Numbered from the stretch's first letter, positions 28,268 to 39,388 are shown. The stretch: DNA of 47,905 nucleotides from Methanomassiliicoccaceae archaeon (GCA_963728405.1 CAVSJV010000006.1:1-47905), one strand, 5' to 3'. Notes: a model not told the origin generated them from the letters alone. Numbers and translations: made by a program.

Positions 28268-29498
28268 ATGCTCAACAAGAGATACACACTCCTGATGGTC
28301 TTCATTGCATTCGGACTTCTGGCCACAACGGCATATGCGGGTGCCTTCGTGGCCGACCGAACCACCGGCGACGCTACTCAACAGCTTTCATCAGTGGCGA
28401 CAGTGGCACCTATTGTTCAGTATGTGGACGTCAACGGCGTCACGCTCGGATGCCGGGAATATGGGTCAGGCGAACCGCTGCTGCTGATCTGCGGTTTCGG
28501 TGCCACCATGGATGGCTGGAATGCGACCTTCATCAGCATCCTTGCCTCACAATACCACATCTTTGTATACGACCACCGGGGCATGGGATACAGCAGCGAC
28601 AATAACGCCACTCCATCTATCTCTCAATACGCGGACGACGCCGCTGGGCTGATACATGCGCTTGGCTACGACAGCATGAATACCTATGGGACCTCCATGG
28701 GTTCCTCCATCTCCCAGCAGCTGATCATAAGCCACCCTGATTGCGTGCGCAAGATGGTCCTCAGCTCGGCCACCTACAGCATCTATATCCCTGAGGTAGA
28801 GGCCCTGCTTCATATCATAGGATCCATAGCCTCCGATCCCAACCAGACCCAGGGCCTCCGCAACGAGGCGCTGGCCAATCTCGCATGGAACGGATCCTAC
28901 GACGGGCTCGCCGGTATCGAGAAGCCGATAATGCTCATCGTGGGCACCAATGACGTTCTGACGCCGGACTCGATCTCGGTCGAAATCGCTGGACAGATCA
29001 ATGGGTCGTGGCTGGTGCGGTTTATTGGGATTCCCCACAGCGGGCAATCTTATGCTCCCGTACAGTATGCGGAGAGCATATTCAACTTTCTGGGAATGAA
29101 TGGATCGCCGTTGACCCCATCGGCGCCTGATGCGCCTACTGATCTCGTTGCCAGGGCAGGCGATGCCATGGTGACGCTGTCTTGGGGCGCACCATCCGAT
29201 ATTGGCGGCAGCCCCATAACCGGCTACCAGGTGTATCGGAGCGCCACCTCCAACGGGACCTACGCCCTGGTGGGCTCGCTGAACGGAACGACGTACACTG
29301 ACACCAACATCAGTAACGGCCAGGTTTATTGGTACAAGGTCAGCGCTGCCAACGCCTTGGGCACGGGAGCAGACTCCGTGATGGCTAGCGCTGTGCCGCA
29401 GAGCTCGGTTGACAACACCTGCCTCTCACGTGGCCTTGGCCGTCGCGATCATAGCGGCCATCGTGCTGGCCGCCGTCCTCGTAGGGTGGAAGAAATAG
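28268..29498 (+). CDS. Secreted alpha/beta hydrolase + fibronectin type III domain + C-terminal membrane anchor; frameshift near 29425
   Basis: Signal peptide, GTSMG nucleophile elbow, FN3 (LSW..P..GGSPITGY.VYR..Y.YKVSA.N); the shifted frame gives VALAVAIIAAIVLAAVLVGWKK*. Confidence 0.8.
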
Positions 29499-29602
29499 TC
29501 CGACCATCATGGGTTTGGATCGGAAGGACACCAAGAGATCGGGCCATGTCCCGACGGCCTTTCCGAACCCTCCCCCGAGCTGAATGAGGTGGTTAGTGAG
29601 AT

Positions 29603-29636
29603 AAAAAAAGAAAAAGGTTTTCCGGGGTCGCCCCGG
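29603..29636 (-). terminator. Hairpin plus long T tract after actP
   Basis: CCGGGG-TCG-CCCCGG, followed on the minus strand by CCTTTTTCTTTTTTT. Confidence 0.6.
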
Positions 29637-29649
29637 CCGTTGATAGGGT

Positions 29650-31161
29650 TTAGGTCGCCGCCTTCTCGGTCTTCACCTCACTGGCGCCGCGTCCCTCCGC
29701 TAAGGACACACCCATGGTGACGGCGAAGCCGAGCGGGATGGACACGATGCCCGGATTGTTCAGGGAGAAGAACGCTCCCGAGCCCATCATCGTAGGGGAG
29801 ATGATGATGAGGGCGATGGACGCGGCCAGTCCCGCCGCTATACCGACTATGATGCCCTTCTCGGTCGTCCGTTTCCAGAACAGCGTGCACAGCAGCGCCG
29901 GCAGGTTGGCCGACGCCGCTATGGCGAACGCCAGACCGACCAGGAACGCCACATTCTGCCCTTTGCTCAGGATGCCCAGCACGATGGCGATGATGCCGAC
30001 CCCGATGGCGGTCATCTTAGAGATGTACAGGGACTTCTTCTCGTCGGCCGTCCTTCCCAGCACTCCCTTGTAGATGTCGTGAGCGATCGCTCCGGCCGAG
30101 GCCATGATCAGCCCGGCCACGGTACCCAGGATGGTGGCGAAGGCGATCGAGGAGATGATCGCGTAGAACGCGTCTCCGCCGATGTACTTGGCCAGCAGGG
30201 GCGCCGACAGATTGGCGTCCGCCGGGTTCAGCGTGGGATTTCCCAGGTTGAAGAAGTAGATGGCACCCAGACCAAGGAACAGGATGAGCACATAGAAGGT
30301 GCCCATGACCACGATGGCCACGACCGTCGACTTCCGCGCATCCGAAGGCTTCGGCACGGTGAGGTACCGGATGAGGATGTGCGGCAGAGCGGCCGTTCCC
30401 AGGATAAGGGCCATCGACAGGGACACGAAGTCCAGGGGGTCCTTGTACTTCAGCCCGGGGGACATGAAGGCGTCCCCGGAGACCACCGACCCCGTCGGCA
30501 GGGTCACGTTGCCGTTGATGATGGTCCCGATGAAGTCCAGCGGGCCCATCCCGGCGACGATCAGGACGCCGACGGTCAGAGCGACGACCGCGATCAGGAG
30601 CAGGAAGCCCTTGATGAACTGGACCCAGGTGGTGCTGACCATGCCCGCGGTGGCGACGATGAACACGACCAGTCCGCCGATGATGATGACCCCGAACTCG
30701 TAGTCGAGGCCGAGGAGCGGTCCGACGATGGAACCGGCACCGACCATCTGCGGTATCAGGTAGAACACCGAGACCACTAACGTGGATGTGGCGGCCATGA
30801 GCCTGATCCTCGGGCTCTTGAACTTGCTGGTGAGCGCGTCGGCAAAGGTGTACTTACCTATCGCTCTCAGTGGCTCCGCCACCAGGAACAGCGCGACAAT
30901 CCAGCCGGCCAGGAAACCGATGGCGTAGATGAAGCCGTCGTAGCCGGCGAAGGCGATGAGCCCCGTGATACCCAGGAACGACGCGGCGCTGAGGTAGTCA
31001 CCAGCGATGGCGAAACCGTTGACGAACCACTTGACGCCGCCCCCGGCGACGTAGTAGTGGCCGGCGGTACGGACCCGGCGCGACGCGTAGATCGATATGG
31101 CCAGGGTGGCCACGGTAATGATCATGAAGATAGACAGTGACAGCGGTTGTATCTCGGCCAT
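29650..31161 (-). CDS. actP: Cation/acetate symporter (SSS family)
   Basis: NGFAIAGDYLSAASFLG, GTAALPHILIR, AFATILGTVAGL, AASANLP. Confidence 0.9.
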   Translation of the reverse strand: MAEIQPLSLSIFMIITVATLAISIYASRRVRTAGHYYVAGGGVKWFVNGFAIAGDYLSAASFLGITGLIAFAGYDGFIYAIGFLAGWIVALFLVAEPLRAIGKYTFADALTSKFKSPRIRLMAATSTLVVSVFYLIPQMVGAGSIVGPLLGLDYEFGVIIIGGLVVFIVATAGMVSTTWVQFIKGFLLLIAVVALTVGVLIVAGMGPLDFIGTIINGNVTLPTGSVVSGDAFMSPGLKYKDPLDFVSLSMALILGTAALPHILIRYLTVPKPSDARKSTVVAIVVMGTFYVLILFLGLGAIYFFNLGNPTLNPADANLSAPLLAKYIGGDAFYAIISSIAFATILGTVAGLIMASAGAIAHDIYKGVLGRTADEKKSLYISKMTAIGVGIIAIVLGILSKGQNVAFLVGLAFAIAASANLPALLCTLFWKRTTEKGIIVGIAAGLAASIALIIISPTMMGSGAFFSLNNPGIVSIPLGFAVTMGVSLAEGRGASEVKTEKAAT

Positions 31162-31163
31162 CT

Positions 31164-31893
31164 TCAGGCCCCCTTGTTCTCAGCCCGGTCGGCATAGAAG
31201 TTGAATCCGACGGCTAGCACTATGGTGATCAGGATGAGCACGAGCCCCAGCGCAGTGCCCACGTTCAGGTTGTTCCCGACCAGCTCCTTGAAGAAGTTGC
31301 GGGCGTACGAGCCGGCCAGGATGAAGGCTGCATAGCCAATCATGTAGATGACGAAGAGATACACCCCGACCTTGAACTGCTTCGTTCGGGTAATCGCCCG
31401 GACCGCCCGGACGGTGGGCGCCTCCGACACCACTTCCGTGACCAGGGAGGCGGCGTTCTTGATCTCCTCCGCGGTCGGCTTGATGACCACGACCGACGTC
31501 GGGGCCTGGCTGACCACGGACTTGGCCACGCTGCCCATGTACAGGCGGTTCATGCCCTTCAGGGATGATGTCCCCAGCACGATGAGCTCGACGCCTTCCT
31601 CCTCCGCGGTGCGGATCGATCTCTCCGACGACCGGTCCTTCCTTGATCAGCACCTTGGTGGGCACCTTGTTGAGGGCGGCGAGCTCTTGGGCGTACTCGA
31701 CACCATCGCCTTCGATGCCGGGCCGCATCAGAGCGGACGATTCGGCAGTCTTCTCGATGTCCATCATGGGGGACTGCTCGACCACCTTGAGAATAATTAA
31801 GGTCGCTCCGCGCTCCCTTGCCATCTCCACCGCTTTGACGGTGGCGACCAGGGCCGGGGTGGAGCCGTCGGTGGGTAGTAATACGCTCCTCAT
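31164..31893 (-). CDS. Universal stress protein domain fused to a DUF485/YjcH-type membrane domain; frameshift near 31618
   Basis: VLLPTDGS..G....EI...A....LIVLG......MGSVA..VV..AP.SVVV, followed by a 2-TM region typical of actP partners. Confidence 0.78.
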
Positions 31894-32473
31894 CTCCCTT
31901 TCACCTCCTTATCGGTCCTCATGCTCACATCCTTGGAAGCTCGTCCCGGAAAAGTCGTGGGGCCATAGCTTGGCTCCCCCCGGGCACCGTTCCTCCTTAC
32001 TGCGGTTCGTCCCCGCATAAGCGAGGGATTGACAAGTCCCTATATAAAAAAGTAGCAATAACGTTACGATAATTGTCGATAAATATCGATTCGTTTACGA
32101 TTCTCGCATGAACGTCCCCGTTAGCCATTGTTCTAAGGAAACGTAAATTCATTATACAAATGTCGGTCCTGACGAACGGCAGATGACGATTGCGATTTTC
32201 GACACATTCCGAATCATCTAAGGTTCTGGGTAGTGAGAAAGCACCTCCCTGGTTACGCTGTCTGTCGTTCCGGGCCTCATAAGAGTCCCCCGGTCGAACC
32301 CGTTCGAGCGTGGGGGTGCGTTGATTATCATCGGAATCAGAACGCTCTCACCAGCCCGTTTTCCGTAGCTAGGTCGCTCACGTCGGATATAATGGAGCAT
32401 TGACTATTTTATCTGACATGATAACGTTAAAATAGGACAGATTCTAACTAGCCAGCATAGCGAGGGCTTCAAG

Positions 32474-33043
32474 ATGGACACGATGCACGGCGCTGCGACA
32501 CGATTTGTCAACGGGGTTGACCTGCAAAAGTTGGAAAACACCATCGAAGCTATAAACCAGGACCCAGACCTGGCATCGTTCTCCTTTCATGCGGTCAATG
32601 AATGGGTGGACGGGGCGCAGAACAAGACGATAGTTCATCGATTCGATGGGGGCAACCAGCAGGTCGAACGCGCTCGGCCGTTCGTCATCCATTCGGACGA
32701 ACCGGAGGCGTTGATGGGCGCCGACAGCGCTCCCAATGCCATCGTCTCGTTGCTGCACTCCTTGGCCTCGTGTCTATCGGTCGTCATCGTATACAACGCT
32801 TCGATCCGGGGCATCACCCTCGACAAGCTGAACATCACCCTTGACGGGGACGTGGACATCCATGGCTTCCTCGGCCTATCCAAGGAGGTTCGTCCCGGCT
32901 TCCAGGACGTAAGGGTGATGGTGGACGTGCACTCCGACGCATCGAGGGCGGACATCGAGGACCTGGTGCGCTATGCCCAGAAGGTCTCGCCTATCCTCGA
33001 CTCGCTGAGGAACCGCATCCCCGTGGAAATAGAGGTCGCCTGA
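32474..33043 (+). CDS. OsmC-family protein
   Basis: DEPEALMGADSAPN..LASCL..GD.DIHGFLG..RPGF. Confidence 0.85.
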   Translation: MDTMHGAATRFVNGVDLQKLENTIEAINQDPDLASFSFHAVNEWVDGAQNKTIVHRFDGGNQQVERARPFVIHSDEPEALMGADSAPNAIVSLLHSLASCLSVVIVYNASIRGITLDKLNITLDGDVDIHGFLGLSKEVRPGFQDVRVMVDVHSDASRADIEDLVRYAQKVSPILDSLRNRIPVEIEVA

Positions 33044-33412
33044 TCATTCCGGCGGTGCCATCTGGGTCGCCGTCTTGGCGGTGCGGCACTCGTCCCCGTG
33101 CTTCTGGACATACTTCTTGATGGCCCCTTCGACCGTCCCGTCCTCGTCCTGCACGATCTTGATGTTCTTGGACCTCAGCTTCTTCTCGCCGTGCACGCCG
33201 ACGTAGCCGGTGAGCACCACGTCCGGTTCCAGCGAGACCACCTGCTCGGCGGCGACGATGCCCGCCCCCTCGGTCGCTTCACCAGCGATGTTGGGGTATG
33301 CCTCCCAGACCTTGGTGTCGGTGTCGTAGATCACGAAGAACGGGCTGTGGCCGAACTCTTCCGCCACCAGCGCATGGATGTCCGGCTCCTCGGCCGATAC
33401 GCAGATCTTCAT
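33044..33412 (-). CDS. NifB/NifX-family (FeMo-cofactor-binding-like) protein
   Basis: FGHSPFFVIYD, GAGI.AA, VLTG..G. Confidence 0.82.
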   Translation of the reverse strand: MKICVSAEEPDIHALVAEEFGHSPFFVIYDTDTKVWEAYPNIAGEATEGAGIVAAEQVVSLEPDVVLTGYVGVHGEKKLRSKNIKIVQDEDGTVEGAIKKYVQKHGDECRTAKTATQMAPPE

Positions 33413-33540
33413 TTTTTCTCCTCCCTACCGTATTCCTCGCCGGGGGTCATAAATCCATTCCCAGACTAGAATCGCCGATAATAACGGCACCATCAAGGAT
33501 TATATTGCAGCAGTCTTATCCTCCCTCCGAGGTCCAGGCT

Positions 33541-34467
33541 TTGAAGGTCAAGACCAGCTTCAATACGCTGTCCATGGTGCTCGCGGCGATCGTCCTGCTA
33601 GAAGGGGATGGCCATCGCCGCGAACGCTCGGCAGATCGATCATATCCAAAGCTTGAACAATGGCTTCTTTGCCAGCATGGTACTCGATGGTGGGCGTGCA
33701 GTTCCTGATCCTCGGTTGGTCGGCCTGCTGGCGTTCGTACTGCCCAATACCCTGCTCAAGGGGAAGGAAAAGATGAACCGATACTGTCCTGGGAGGTCCC
33801 CATGGTAGGAGCGGCCGTTCTCGTCGAAGGCCTGGTGGTGCATCTACTATGCGTCCCCCATGACCATCGCCGGCATCGACACCGTTGGTAGCATGTGGAT
33901 GGCCGGGTTCGGCGCTCAGCTGTTCTTCCTCGGGGCAGGCCTGGTGGTCCTCAAGCTGCTCAGCGGCCGGGAGAAGATCACCATTGCTTTGCCTGTTATC
34001 ATCTTCCTCGTGCTCGCCTCGGCGGGCCTCATGCTGATCGGCATCGCCGACCAAGCGTACTGTCGCCGGCATCGGCGGGATAATCAAGAGCACGCTCGTG
34101 TTCGGTGGCCTGCAGCTACCTCCTATCTCTGACCGGTGTGGCGTTGATCGTCATCGGCGGCCGCTCGGTGCTGGGTAGGAAGGTCCATGGTCACAAGCTC
34201 AATGTCATCCTGGTCCTCGGGGTCGCCGCCGTCATCAGCCTGGAAGGGCTCATCCTGGCCGGTTACGCCGCCCCGTTCTCGATCAGGAGCATCGGCGGGA
34301 TGCTGGAGCGGACGATGCTCATCGCCGGTCTCGGCCTGGCCCTGCTGGGCATATTGGTCCCGGCGACCTATTACGCGTTCGAGAGGGAGGACCATGATAC
34401 CAGGAAGATCGCGACCAGCGCCTGCCTGTTCCTGGTGTTCCTGCTGCCGTTCTCGCTGCTGATCTGA
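33541..34467 (+). CDS. Multi-pass membrane protein with internal repeats; several frameshifts
   Basis: Recurring LEG/VEG..A....I.GIG..G.QL.LG units spread over ORFs 33608, 33860 and 34105; TTG start after GAGGT. Confidence 0.5.
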
Positions 34468-34489
34468 GAAAAGTGGGTCGGAAAGGGTT

Positions 34490-35362
34490 TCAGGTCTTCT
34501 TCTCTTTCTTGCCCTTATCCGGCCGGGGCTCCTTCTCCTTGTTGGCGAACTCGATGACCTTCTCGATGATGTCGTTGAACGCCACGGCCGCCGACGAGTC
34601 CGGGCTGGAGGCTATGATGGGCACGCCCTCGTCGCCGGTGTTGACGACCTCCGGGTCGATGGGAACGCGCCCTAGGAAAGGGACCTCGAGGTCATGAGCG
34701 GCCTTCTCGCCGCCCCCGATCTTGAACAGGTCGATCTCCTTGCCGCAGTGCGGGCAGATCAGGCCGGCCATGTTCTCCACGATGCCGACCACCGGCAGGT
34801 GTAGGCCCTCGGAGAAGACCACTGTCTTCCGGGAGTCCAGGAGCGCGACGTCCTGGGGGGTGGTGACGATGATGGAGCCGTCGGCGTTGGGTATCAGCTG
34901 GGCGATGGTGAGCGGCTCGTCCCCGGTGCCCGGGGGCAGGTCGACCACCAGGTAGTCGAGGTCGCCCCAGTAGACGTCCTCGATGAACTTGCGGATGGCC
35001 CCCATCTTCATCGGCCCGCGCCAGATGATGGGCTGGTCGCGGTTCGGGGACAGGAACGCCATGGACATGACCTTGAGGTGCGGCGGGATGATCGCGGGAT
35101 AGATGCCCTCGTCGTCAGCGATGAGCTGGACGTCCTCGACCTTCAGCATCTTGGGGATGTTGGGCCCGTGGATGTCGGCGTCCAGGATGCCGACCTCGTA
35201 GCCGCGCATGGCCAGTCCCACCGCCAGGTTCACGGTGACGGTGCTCTTGCCCACCCCGCCCTTGCCGGACATGACCACGAAAGTGTGCTTGATCTTCGAC
35301 AACTTCTTGATGAGCTTGACGTCCTCTGGCTTTGCGGTTATGACATTAATATCGCTCTGCAG
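34490..35362 (-). CDS. apbC: Mrp/NBP35 (ApbC) Fe-S carrier ATPase; probable CTG start
   Basis: SGKGGVGKST, DADIHGP, WRGP, DLPPGTGD, ENM...CPHC. Confidence 0.93.
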   Translation of the reverse strand: MQSDINVITAKPEDVKLIKKLSKIKHTFVVMSGKGGVGKSTVTVNLAVGLAMRGYEVGILDADIHGPNIPKMLKVEDVQLIADDEGIYPAIIPPHLKVMSMAFLSPNRDQPIIWRGPMKMGAIRKFIEDVYWGDLDYLVVDLPPGTGDEPLTIAQLIPNADGSIIVTTPQDVALLDSRKTVVFSEGLHLPVVGIVENMAGLICPHCGKEIDLFKIGGGEKAAHDLEVPFLGRVPIDPEVVNTGDEGVPIIASSPDSSAAVAFNDIIEKVIEFANKEKEPRPDKGKKEKKT

Positions 35363-35557
35363 ATCCCTTCCTCCTGCTCCTACGGCACCACATATTATTG
35401 GTCGGAGTAGATAAGCGGAACGGTAGCTCCATGGGCCTCCTCAGGTGGTGCAGATCCGCCCCATGGCTCCGTGCCCTCAACACAATACGGCGATAATTTG
35501 GAAATTCCTAGATAAAATATAAGCTCAGGTATGGTAATTCCCGCCCCGGGATGCATT

Positions 35558-35998
35558 ATGTTAATCAAGCACAACGCAAGTCTCATAATCACAGGTGTAG
35601 TGGTATGCCTGTTCGTAATGTTCATCGTCCTGGCGGCCTTCATTCACCCTGACGCCGAGACGAGCAAGATCACCGACCCGGCGGCCAGGGAGCTTGCCGA
35701 TAGCATGGCTCAGATGATCTGGTGGATGACCGTCGCCCTGATCGTCCTCCCGATCATGCTCGTGCTGATCATCATCGCCGCTTACATGTTCATAACGGCG
35801 GAGAAGGCGAACACGCTCAAGCCCGCGCCGGTGCCGGCTGCACAGAAATCGACCTTCTTCGGCAAGTCGGTCTCGGGGGCCAAGGTCGCCGACGCCACCA
35901 GCCCAACCGACGCCCTGGACCTCCGCTACGCGAAGGGTGAGCTCACCCGCGACCAGTACATGGCCATGAAGGCCGACATGAAGGCGCAACGCCTCTGA
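35558..35998 (+). CDS. 2-TM membrane protein with a C-terminal SHOCT domain
   Basis: ALDLRYAKGELTRDQY..MK. Confidence 0.75.
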   Translation: MLIKHNASLIITGVVVCLFVMFIVLAAFIHPDAETSKITDPAARELADSMAQMIWWMTVALIVLPIMLVLIIIAAYMFITAEKANTLKPAPVPAAQKSTFFGKSVSGAKVADATSPTDALDLRYAKGELTRDQYMAMKADMKAQRL

Positions 35999-36039
35999 GC
36001 GGGGTATATTAAAATATCTAACGCACGCAAATAGCGACC

Positions 36040-36366
36040 ATGAGACGGCGAAATGCCATCATGGCCGCTCTTTCCATAATTTTTCTATTACTGCTGTTGG
36101 CAACAATGGTACTTGCGGTCACATCGGTCCCGAGCGCCCTGGCATCTCTGGCCTTCGGCGGGTCCTCGGACTCTGTCCTGACCGGGCTGGCGTTACTATC
36201 GTTCCCGGTCTTCATCTTCGTGATAATAACCATCATCCTGTTGACCATCGAGGCGTCCCGGGCGACGAGGGTGAAGGGGGCACATTGGTGGCTCAGACCG
36301 ACCCGAGGCCTGGAGCCCCCCTCCACGATCCATGTGGAAACGCATGGAAAGGACCGTGAACGATGA
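36040..36366 (+). CDS. Small membrane protein
   Basis: Hydrophobic segments; stop overlaps the next start (ATGA). Confidence 0.5.
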   Translation: MRRRNAIMAALSIIFLLLLLATMVLAVTSVPSALASLAFGGSSDSVLTGLALLSFPVFIFVIITIILLTIEASRATRVKGAHWWLRPTRGLEPPSTIHVETHGKDRER

Positions 36367-37064
36367 GCATCGAAGAGGCGGAATCAGCGGTGTCCACGGT
36401 CGACGGGTTCGTGTCCACGGCCGAGGGCCGGCGACTGTACGAGCTCGCCCGGGCGGCCGACGGCCCCATCGTGGAGGTGGGCTCGTGGAAGGGCCGTTCG
36501 ACCATCTGGCTCACCCATGGTTCACGGGATGGCAAGCGCGGGACGGTGTACGCCATCGATCCCCACACCGGCTCCAAGGAGCACGGTGAGCAGGACGAGG
36601 CCTCCACTCTAGAGGAGTTCGAACGGAATCTGCGAACGGCGGGGGTCGAGGACGCGGTCGTCCCGATGGTCATGAGCTCGAAGGAAGCGCGGAACTGCGT
36701 CCCCTGCCCCATCGGCCTGCTGTTCCTGGACGGCCCCGACGAGGAGAGCCTGGTCCGCGGGGAGATCGCCCGGTGGCTTCCCTGCCTGGGCGAGGGGGCG
36801 ACCATCGCCGTCCACGATACCGTTTCCAGCCCCGGGCCGAGAGAGGCGGCCGAGCACCTGTACCTCTCGTCGAGGTTCGTGGACGTCCGGCTGATCGGTA
36901 GCATCACCTACGCGACGGTGGTCAGCGAGGCCCCCATCCCCGGGAAACTGACCGACCTGTCGAGGCTCCTGGCCAGGAGGGCGGAGATAATCCTCGGGCG
37001 AGTTCATTACCCGGCTCCGGTCCGCCGGCTCGGCCGGAAGGTCCTTTCCTCCCTGTGGAAATGA
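36363..37064 (+). CDS. Class I SAM-dependent methyltransferase (Methyltransf_24-like)
   Basis: VEVGSWKGRST, AIDPH.G, LFLDG, HD. Confidence 0.82.
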   Translation: MSIEEAESAVSTVDGFVSTAEGRRLYELARAADGPIVEVGSWKGRSTIWLTHGSRDGKRGTVYAIDPHTGSKEHGEQDEASTLEEFERNLRTAGVEDAVVPMVMSSKEARNCVPCPIGLLFLDGPDEESLVRGEIARWLPCLGEGATIAVHDTVSSPGPREAAEHLYLSSRFVDVRLIGSITYATVVSEAPIPGKLTDLSRLLARRAEIILGRVHYPAPVRRLGRKVLSSLWK

Positions 37065-37099
37065 TAGGGGGCGGGCAAGCTTGATATCTCCGACGCTGC

Positions 37100-38203
37100 A
37101 TGGCTGGAGAGATGAAGATCGCCGTTGTCCTCGGCACCCGGCCGGAGATCATCAAGATGTCCCCGGTCATCCGGGAGTGCAAGAAAAGGAACGTTTCGTT
37201 CTACGTGCTGCACACCGGGCAGCACTACTCCTACGAGATGGACAAGGTGTTCTTCGACGAGCTCGCCCTTCCCGCGGCCGAGTATAACCTGGACGTCGGC
37301 TCCGGCACGCATGCCGTGCAGACGGGGAAGATATTGGCCGGGGTGGAGGAGGTGCTGCTGAAGGACCGGCCGGACGTCATCCTGGTGCAAGGGGATACCA
37401 ACACGGTCATGGCCGCCGCGCTGGCGGCGTCGAAGCTGGGCGTGCGCATCGGGCACGTGGAAGCGGGGCTGCGCTCGTGGGACCGCACCATGCCGGAGGA
37501 AGTGAACCGGGTGATGGCGGATCACATGTCCGATTACCTGTTCGCTCCGACCGAGGAGGCGCGGAAGAACCTGTCCAAGGAAGGGATCGACCAGGGCGTC
37601 TACGTCACCGGGAACACCATCGTCGACGCGGTCAAGGAGAACAAGAAGCTCGCCGACGCCAGGTCGAACGTGCTGGAGAACCTGGGCCTGAAGCCCCGGA
37701 GCTACGTGCTGGTGACGGCGCATCGCCAGGAGAATGTGGATTCGAAGGAACGGCTGACCAGGATCCTCGCTGCGCTGGAGGCGGTGGGCAAGGAGACCGG
37801 GCTGTCGGTCATCTTCCCGGCCCACCCGCGGACGCAGGCGCGCATGACCGAGTTCGGCCTGAGGCCGCGTGGCATCTCGGTCCTCAAGCCCTTCGGGTTC
37901 CTGGACTTCCTGCAGGTAGAGGCCGGAGCGCGGCTGGCCATAACCGATTCTGGCGGGGTGCAGGAAGAGGCGTGCATCCTGGGCGTTCCGTGCGTCACCA
38001 TCCGGGAGAACACCGAGCGGCCCGAGACCGTCAGCGTGGGTGCGAACATGCTCGCCGGGACGGACCCGGAGAAGATCCTACTGGCGGCGTGGTCGATGAT
38101 GAACCGCAAATCGTCCTGGTCGAACCCGTTCGGTGACGGGAAGGCGGCGACGCACATCCTGGACGCGATCGACACGGGGAAGGGGCGGTTCGACGAGGAT
38201 TAG
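37100..38203 (+). CDS. wecB: UDP-N-acetylglucosamine 2-epimerase (non-hydrolysing)
   Basis: GTRPEIIK, HTGQHY, GDTNT, HVEAGLRS, TDSGGVQEEA, TERPE. Confidence 0.96.
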   Translation: MAGEMKIAVVLGTRPEIIKMSPVIRECKKRNVSFYVLHTGQHYSYEMDKVFFDELALPAAEYNLDVGSGTHAVQTGKILAGVEEVLLKDRPDVILVQGDTNTVMAAALAASKLGVRIGHVEAGLRSWDRTMPEEVNRVMADHMSDYLFAPTEEARKNLSKEGIDQGVYVTGNTIVDAVKENKKLADARSNVLENLGLKPRSYVLVTAHRQENVDSKERLTRILAALEAVGKETGLSVIFPAHPRTQARMTEFGLRPRGISVLKPFGFLDFLQVEAGARLAITDSGGVQEEACILGVPCVTIRENTERPETVSVGANMLAGTDPEKILLAAWSMMNRKSSWSNPFGDGKAATHILDAIDTGKGRFDED

Positions 38204-38369
38204 GAACGGATCACATTCGCCCCCGATCCTGCGATCCACCTGGGTCGGGAGCGTTCAGATCGCTGGCCATTATTATTCGTATTGACTATTCTCGACCCCG
38301 ATTTTATATATGATATTACTTATAGCCAGACTATAGGAAAATATAATTTGTAATTATTGGAGCGGTCAA

Positions 38370-39359
38370 ATGGCGATACCTGCATCTCCCATGGAAGTAC
38401 CCGAGACGGACATTTTCCCCATGGGACGGCCGCTGAACGAAACCCCTGTCCGCAGCAAGAAGTGCCCGCACCCGCGACCGAAGATCGTCGCGGTCATTCC
38501 TGCCTATAATGAGGATGTGGCCATCGGCTCGGTGGTGCTGGGCGCATATCAGTACGTCGACCATGTGATCGTCGTCGACGACTGCTCTCATGACGGTACG
38601 TCAAGGATGGCCGAGCTGGCCGGAGCGCAGGTGGTCCGCATGCTGAAGAACGGTGGCAAGGCCAAGGCGCTGCTGGCAGGGCTCAGAGAAGCAGAGCGGA
38701 GGGGCTGCCAGGTCGCGGTCATGATGGACGGCGATGGACAACATCGCGCCGAGGACATCGCCCATGTGATCAAACCGGTCCTGGGCGGCGAGGCCGATCT
38801 GGTCATCGGCTCCCGGTTCCTGGGCGAGGAGAAGGACATCCCCGGCTACCGCGTCCTGGGGCAGAAGGTCATCAACTCCTTATCCAACGTCGGCGCGAAG
38901 GTCGAGTTCACCGACACTCAGTCCGGACTACGGGCTTTGAGCTGTCGCGCTCTCAAGAACCTGAACTTCTCTTCTGATGGGTATAATATTGAATCGGACA
39001 TGATCACTCACTTCAACGACAAGGGGCTGTCGATCATGGAAGTGCCCATTTCCGTCCGCTACGACGTTCCCAACGGCCACAAGAAGGGCTCGATCTCCAT
39101 GGGCATGGGGCTCCTTGGCAACGTCATCTCGGTCATCGGCTACAAGCGCCCCCTGCTGATGTTCGGTGTTCCGGGGGTCACCATTCTGCTGATGGGGTTC
39201 ATCTTGGGGACGATGACGGCGTTAGAGATCCATTTCTTCATCACCCCCATATGGCAGGCCCTCATCTCCATCGGCCTCGTGCTGATGGGGGCGTTCTTCT
39301 GCGTCTCGGCGCTGACGCTGAACTCTTTGACATTGCTGATGAAAGCGAACTCCAACTGA
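38370..39359 (+). CDS. GT2 glycosyltransferase (DPM1-like) with two C-terminal TM helices
   Basis: IPAYNE, VDD.S.D, DGDGQH, GSRF, DTQSG.R. Confidence 0.9.
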   Translation: MAIPASPMEVPETDIFPMGRPLNETPVRSKKCPHPRPKIVAVIPAYNEDVAIGSVVLGAYQYVDHVIVVDDCSHDGTSRMAELAGAQVVRMLKNGGKAKALLAGLREAERRGCQVAVMMDGDGQHRAEDIAHVIKPVLGGEADLVIGSRFLGEEKDIPGYRVLGQKVINSLSNVGAKVEFTDTQSGLRALSCRALKNLNFSSDGYNIESDMITHFNDKGLSIMEVPISVRYDVPNGHKKGSISMGMGLLGNVISVIGYKRPLLMFGVPGVTILLMGFILGTMTALEIHFFITPIWQALISIGLVLMGAFFCVSALTLNSLTLLMKANSN

Positions 39360-39388
39360 AGTTCGATACATCTTCTGAGCAATTTGTT

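Noticed and set aside
32040-32430. Repeated TAACGTTA and ATCGAT words upstream of the actP operon and osmC
   Set aside because: Short palindromes in AT-rich DNA; too few and too short to call an operator
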